This document shows positions 61,585 through 64,000 of a stretch of DNA of 64,000 nucleotides, in pieces (the first letter of the stretch is position 1; every line of letters begins with the position of its first letter). The stretch is from an uncultured Pyrinomonadaceae bacterium (GTDB taxonomy: Bacteria; Acidobacteriota; Blastocatellia; Pyrinomonadales; Pyrinomonadaceae): the NCBI GenBank assembly GCA_964236735.1, contig CAXSFM010000001.1, forward strand, positions 122,015-186,014, in the 5' to 3' direction. The position numbers and the translations under genes are program-made. The notes beneath the pieces are model-generated. The model saw only the letters and a program-made list of their open reading frames with translations, did not search any database and had not been told where the DNA came from.

Positions 61585-62646
61585 TTACGCCTCCACTCCT
61601 CTCAAGGCCAGTCCGACAGCGACCGCCATCTCCGGCACAACTTCACGCATGTAATCAGGATCGAAACGCCGCGCGTCAACCTTGATGCGCCGGAACGGAT
61701 CGAGGTGCTCGACGGGAATCTCGAAGCGGCTCGTTAAAAATTGCGGCAGCGATTTGAGCTTCGAGCCGCCGCCTGAAATCAGAATCTTTTGCACGCCCGC
61801 ATCCGTCTCTTCCGCCGTCGCGCGATAGAAATCAAACGTCTTGGAAATTTCCAGCGCCAGCATGTCGGAGACCGTCTCTAACACGCCGTCAACATCAGAC
61901 GTGTCCACTCCTATCGGAGCCGCGCCGCCGCGTTTGACCGCTTCGGCCTGCTCGAAAGTCAATCCGAGTTCTTTTTGCAGGAGCGACGTGTACTGATTGC
62001 CGCCGACCGAAACGTCGCGCGTGAAGACGCTGCGGACGCCCTTGAGGATGTTGATGTTCATCGTCGTGGCTCCGACGTTGAGGAGCGCCACGACTGTGTC
62101 GTCCGTCGGCTGGTAGTTGACCTCGTAGCAGTTCTGGAGCGCGAAGGCGTCAACATCAATCACGACCGGCTGGCGTCCGGCGAGTTGAATCGCCTGCTTG
62201 ATGTTCGCCACAAACTCGCGTTTGCAGGCCGCCATCAAAACGTGTAGAGAGTCGGGGCCAGAGCCGACGATTTGATAATCGAGGCTCACGTCCGCGATGT
62301 CGAAAGGAATGTGCTCTTCGGCGTGCCAGTCAATAGACTCTTCCAACTCGGCCTGCGACATCTGCGGGACGATGATGTTTTTGACGATCACGGAGCTTCC
62401 CGAAACGCCCGCCGCCACGCGCTCGGTCTTAAACTGATGGCTTTTGAAAACGCCTGCGATGACGTTCGACACGTCGTTGAGTTCCATGATCTGTCCGTCC
62501 ACGACTGTGTCCGGTTGAAGATGCTCGAAACCGAGATTGGCGAGCGAGAGGTTGCCGGGCTTGCCCTGCAATTCGACGGCCTTCACCGAACTGGAACCGA
62601 TGTCCAGACCGACGAGACCTTTTTTGCCGAGACTTCTTTTGAACAT
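61585..62646 (-). CDS. pilM: Type IV pilus assembly ATPase-like protein PilM
   Basis: Actin/FtsA-like pattern (LVGLDIGSSSVKAVEL). First gene of the pilMNOPQ operon. Confidence 0.9.
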   Translation of the reverse strand: MFKRSLGKKGLVGLDIGSSSVKAVELQGKPGNLSLANLGFEHLQPDTVVDGQIMELNDVSNVIAGVFKSHQFKTERVAAGVSGSSVIVKNIIVPQMSQAELEESIDWHAEEHIPFDIADVSLDYQIVGSGPDSLHVLMAACKREFVANIKQAIQLAGRQPVVIDVDAFALQNCYEVNYQPTDDTVVALLNVGATTMNINILKGVRSVFTRDVSVGGNQYTSLLQKELGLTFEQAEAVKRGGAAPIGVDTSDVDGVLETVSDMLALEISKTFDFYRATAEETDAGVQKILISGGGSKLKSLPQFLTSRFEIPVEHLDPFRRIKVDARRFDPDYMREVVPEMAVAVGLALRGVEA

Positions 62647-63501
62647 AATTTATTTGTTCCTTACGATCTTCGCCTGGCTCTTGCCATGTAGCTGTCTCAG
62701 ACGACGGCGCGCGCGGCGCACTCTGGCGCGGGTGGAACGCAACTGTTGCGGCGGCGTCTGTGTGTTGACGGAGGGGACGGATTTCATGTCGTAGTGAATT
62801 AGCTCAAGCGAGCTTCAGGGGAGCAAAGACGTGCCACTGTCGTGACAGGAGAAGTGGAAGAGTTGAATCGAAACGGACTCTCTCTTGGGTGGAGATGAAA
62901 AGCAGGAAGGTCGTGACAGTTCGGAACACGCGCGCAGGCGAAGTTGCTCCTCTTCGATGCGGCGAATTCGGCTTGGCCGACTCTCCTTCGGTAACCCGGC
63001 CAAGTCAAAATCGCGCGTCGCTTTTCTGACTCCCGTCGGCTTTGCGGCCCACGCTCGCGCGTGGTGTGCCTTTATCGGTTGAGTTTCAAAGAAAGGGGCG
63101 CAAGCCTGATCTGGTTTCAGTGAAACCGCCATCTCGCACCTCTTTTCAATCGCCGGTGGATTTGCTCGACCCTCTCATGTCTGCACAGAGAATCTTTTCA
63201 AGTCCCATCCGACAATGAAGAATATAGACTATCGTGTTTGCCCCTGTCAATCGTTAATTTACATTGTTTAATCTTAATTATTTATACACTTACAGGCAAG
63301 AGATCGTCTGATTCCGAGTTTATTGGAAAGTTGCCGGACGATTTCCATAAATTCTTTCAACGCTTTTTTCTTAACTTTAAGGCCCGACGGCCAATTTTGG
63401 AGCGCATCTTTTTCTTTATTTCAACCTTCTTTTAAGACACGAGAAGCGCGTCAAGTATGGAGTCTTGCCACTTAACCGTGCGGCAGTTAGGATGCTGCCT
63501 T

Positions 63502-64000
63502 ATGAAATTGACTCGCAAATTTCTTCTGGCGATAGCCATCCTCGCGCTGGCGTTAATTTCGTGGTTGTGGTGGAACCGTTACGAGCGTGTTGACATGGCG
63601 GCATACGTGCCGGCTGATTCACTCATTTTCATCGAAGCGCAGAGCCTGCCGAATATTCTTAACGCGCTCACCTCCACAAAATCCTGGCGTGAACTCGCGC
63701 CCGTCGCTGGCGTCAAGTCTGATTACGGAAAATACGATTGGCTCACGCGACTCTCCGCGCAAACCGGCATCGGGCCGAGCGATCTGGTCGTCCTTTCGCG
63801 CGCGCAGGTCGCGGTGACGATCATGGGTTTCGACGCGGCGGAAGAATCAAGCGAGACGCTCAAGATTACTCCGCGCGTCGCGCTCGTCTGTGAGACTCAT
63901 TCGAGCGCGTGGCGCGTCCGTGCGGCGTTGGAAAAACTCGTCGGCAATTTCGCGCGTCAGACTTACAAAACGCCGAGCGTCGAGCGTAAAGAGATGGACG
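63502..64000 (+). CDS. Hypothetical membrane-anchored protein, 3' end beyond the window (N-terminal paralog of 26774-28462)
   Basis: Open frame from the ATG at 63502 to the window end. TM (FLLAIAILALALISWLW), then a region alignable with the 26774-28462 protein (...LP...IGFV/IFIEAQ...L.....W...). Confidence 0.45.
   Translation, partial: MKLTRKFLLAIAILALALISWLWWNRYERVDMAAYVPADSLIFIEAQSLPNILNALTSTKSWRELAPVAGVKSDYGKYDWLTRLSAQTGIGPSDLVVLSRAQVAVTIMGFDAAEESSETLKITPRVALVCETHSSAWRVRAALEKLVGNFARQTYKTPSVERKEMD

Noticed and set aside
62647-63200. tmRNA, RNase P RNA or 6S RNA in the GC-rich gap upstream of pilM
   Set aside because: No GGGGCTGA.../CCACCA tmRNA ends, no RNase P conserved GGAAAGTCCGGGCTCC / AGGGTGAAA blocks, and no recognisable 6S bubble. 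Left as unassigned non-coding sequence.

Overview
This 64 kb window of high-GC (about 60%) bacterial chromosome is densely coding, with roughly 50 protein genes and no rRNA, tRNA or CRISPR that I could recognise. By gene content (ElbD-like ether-lipid enzyme, pilMNOPQ, many TonB-domain and FecR/DUF6600-type proteins) it is most plausibly from an Acidobacteriota-like organism; that attribution is inference. Clear housekeeping genes include xth, metH (cobalamin-dependent methionine synthase), coaD, an aspartate aminotransferase, ppa, infA, rpsU, an RRM RNA-binding protein, ubiE, mtgA and the type IV pilus operon pilM-N-O-P-Q.

Accessory or unusual content:
- A lipid-biosynthesis locus built around a 1489-aa four-domain enzyme (fatty-acyl reductase, AMP-ligase, ACP, AGPAT) that resembles the myxobacterial ether-lipid enzyme ElbD, followed by an SDR epimerase, a YegS-like lipid kinase and a PlsC-like acyltransferase.
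- A lone 947-aa STAND (NB-ARC + TPR) NTPase with an uncharacterised N-terminal module, a candidate antiviral-STAND/NLR-like defence gene.
- An ECF sigma factor whose anti-sigma partner carries a TonB C-terminal domain, plus a sigma-less paralog elsewhere in the window.
- A family of very long, mostly unique hairpins made of tandem 6-7 nt units that exactly fill intercistronic spacers between co-directional genes.
- Two copies of a 175-bp structured repeat showing compensatory base changes.
- A terminator-type leader upstream of metH.
- An orphan MbtH-like gene.
- A YtrA-type GntR/ABC operon with palindromic operators.
- A DppBC-like permease pair with no binding protein or matching ATPase, joined to an ABC-2 exporter pair.

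Many long antisense ORFs in the supplied track are high-GC artefacts and were rejected.
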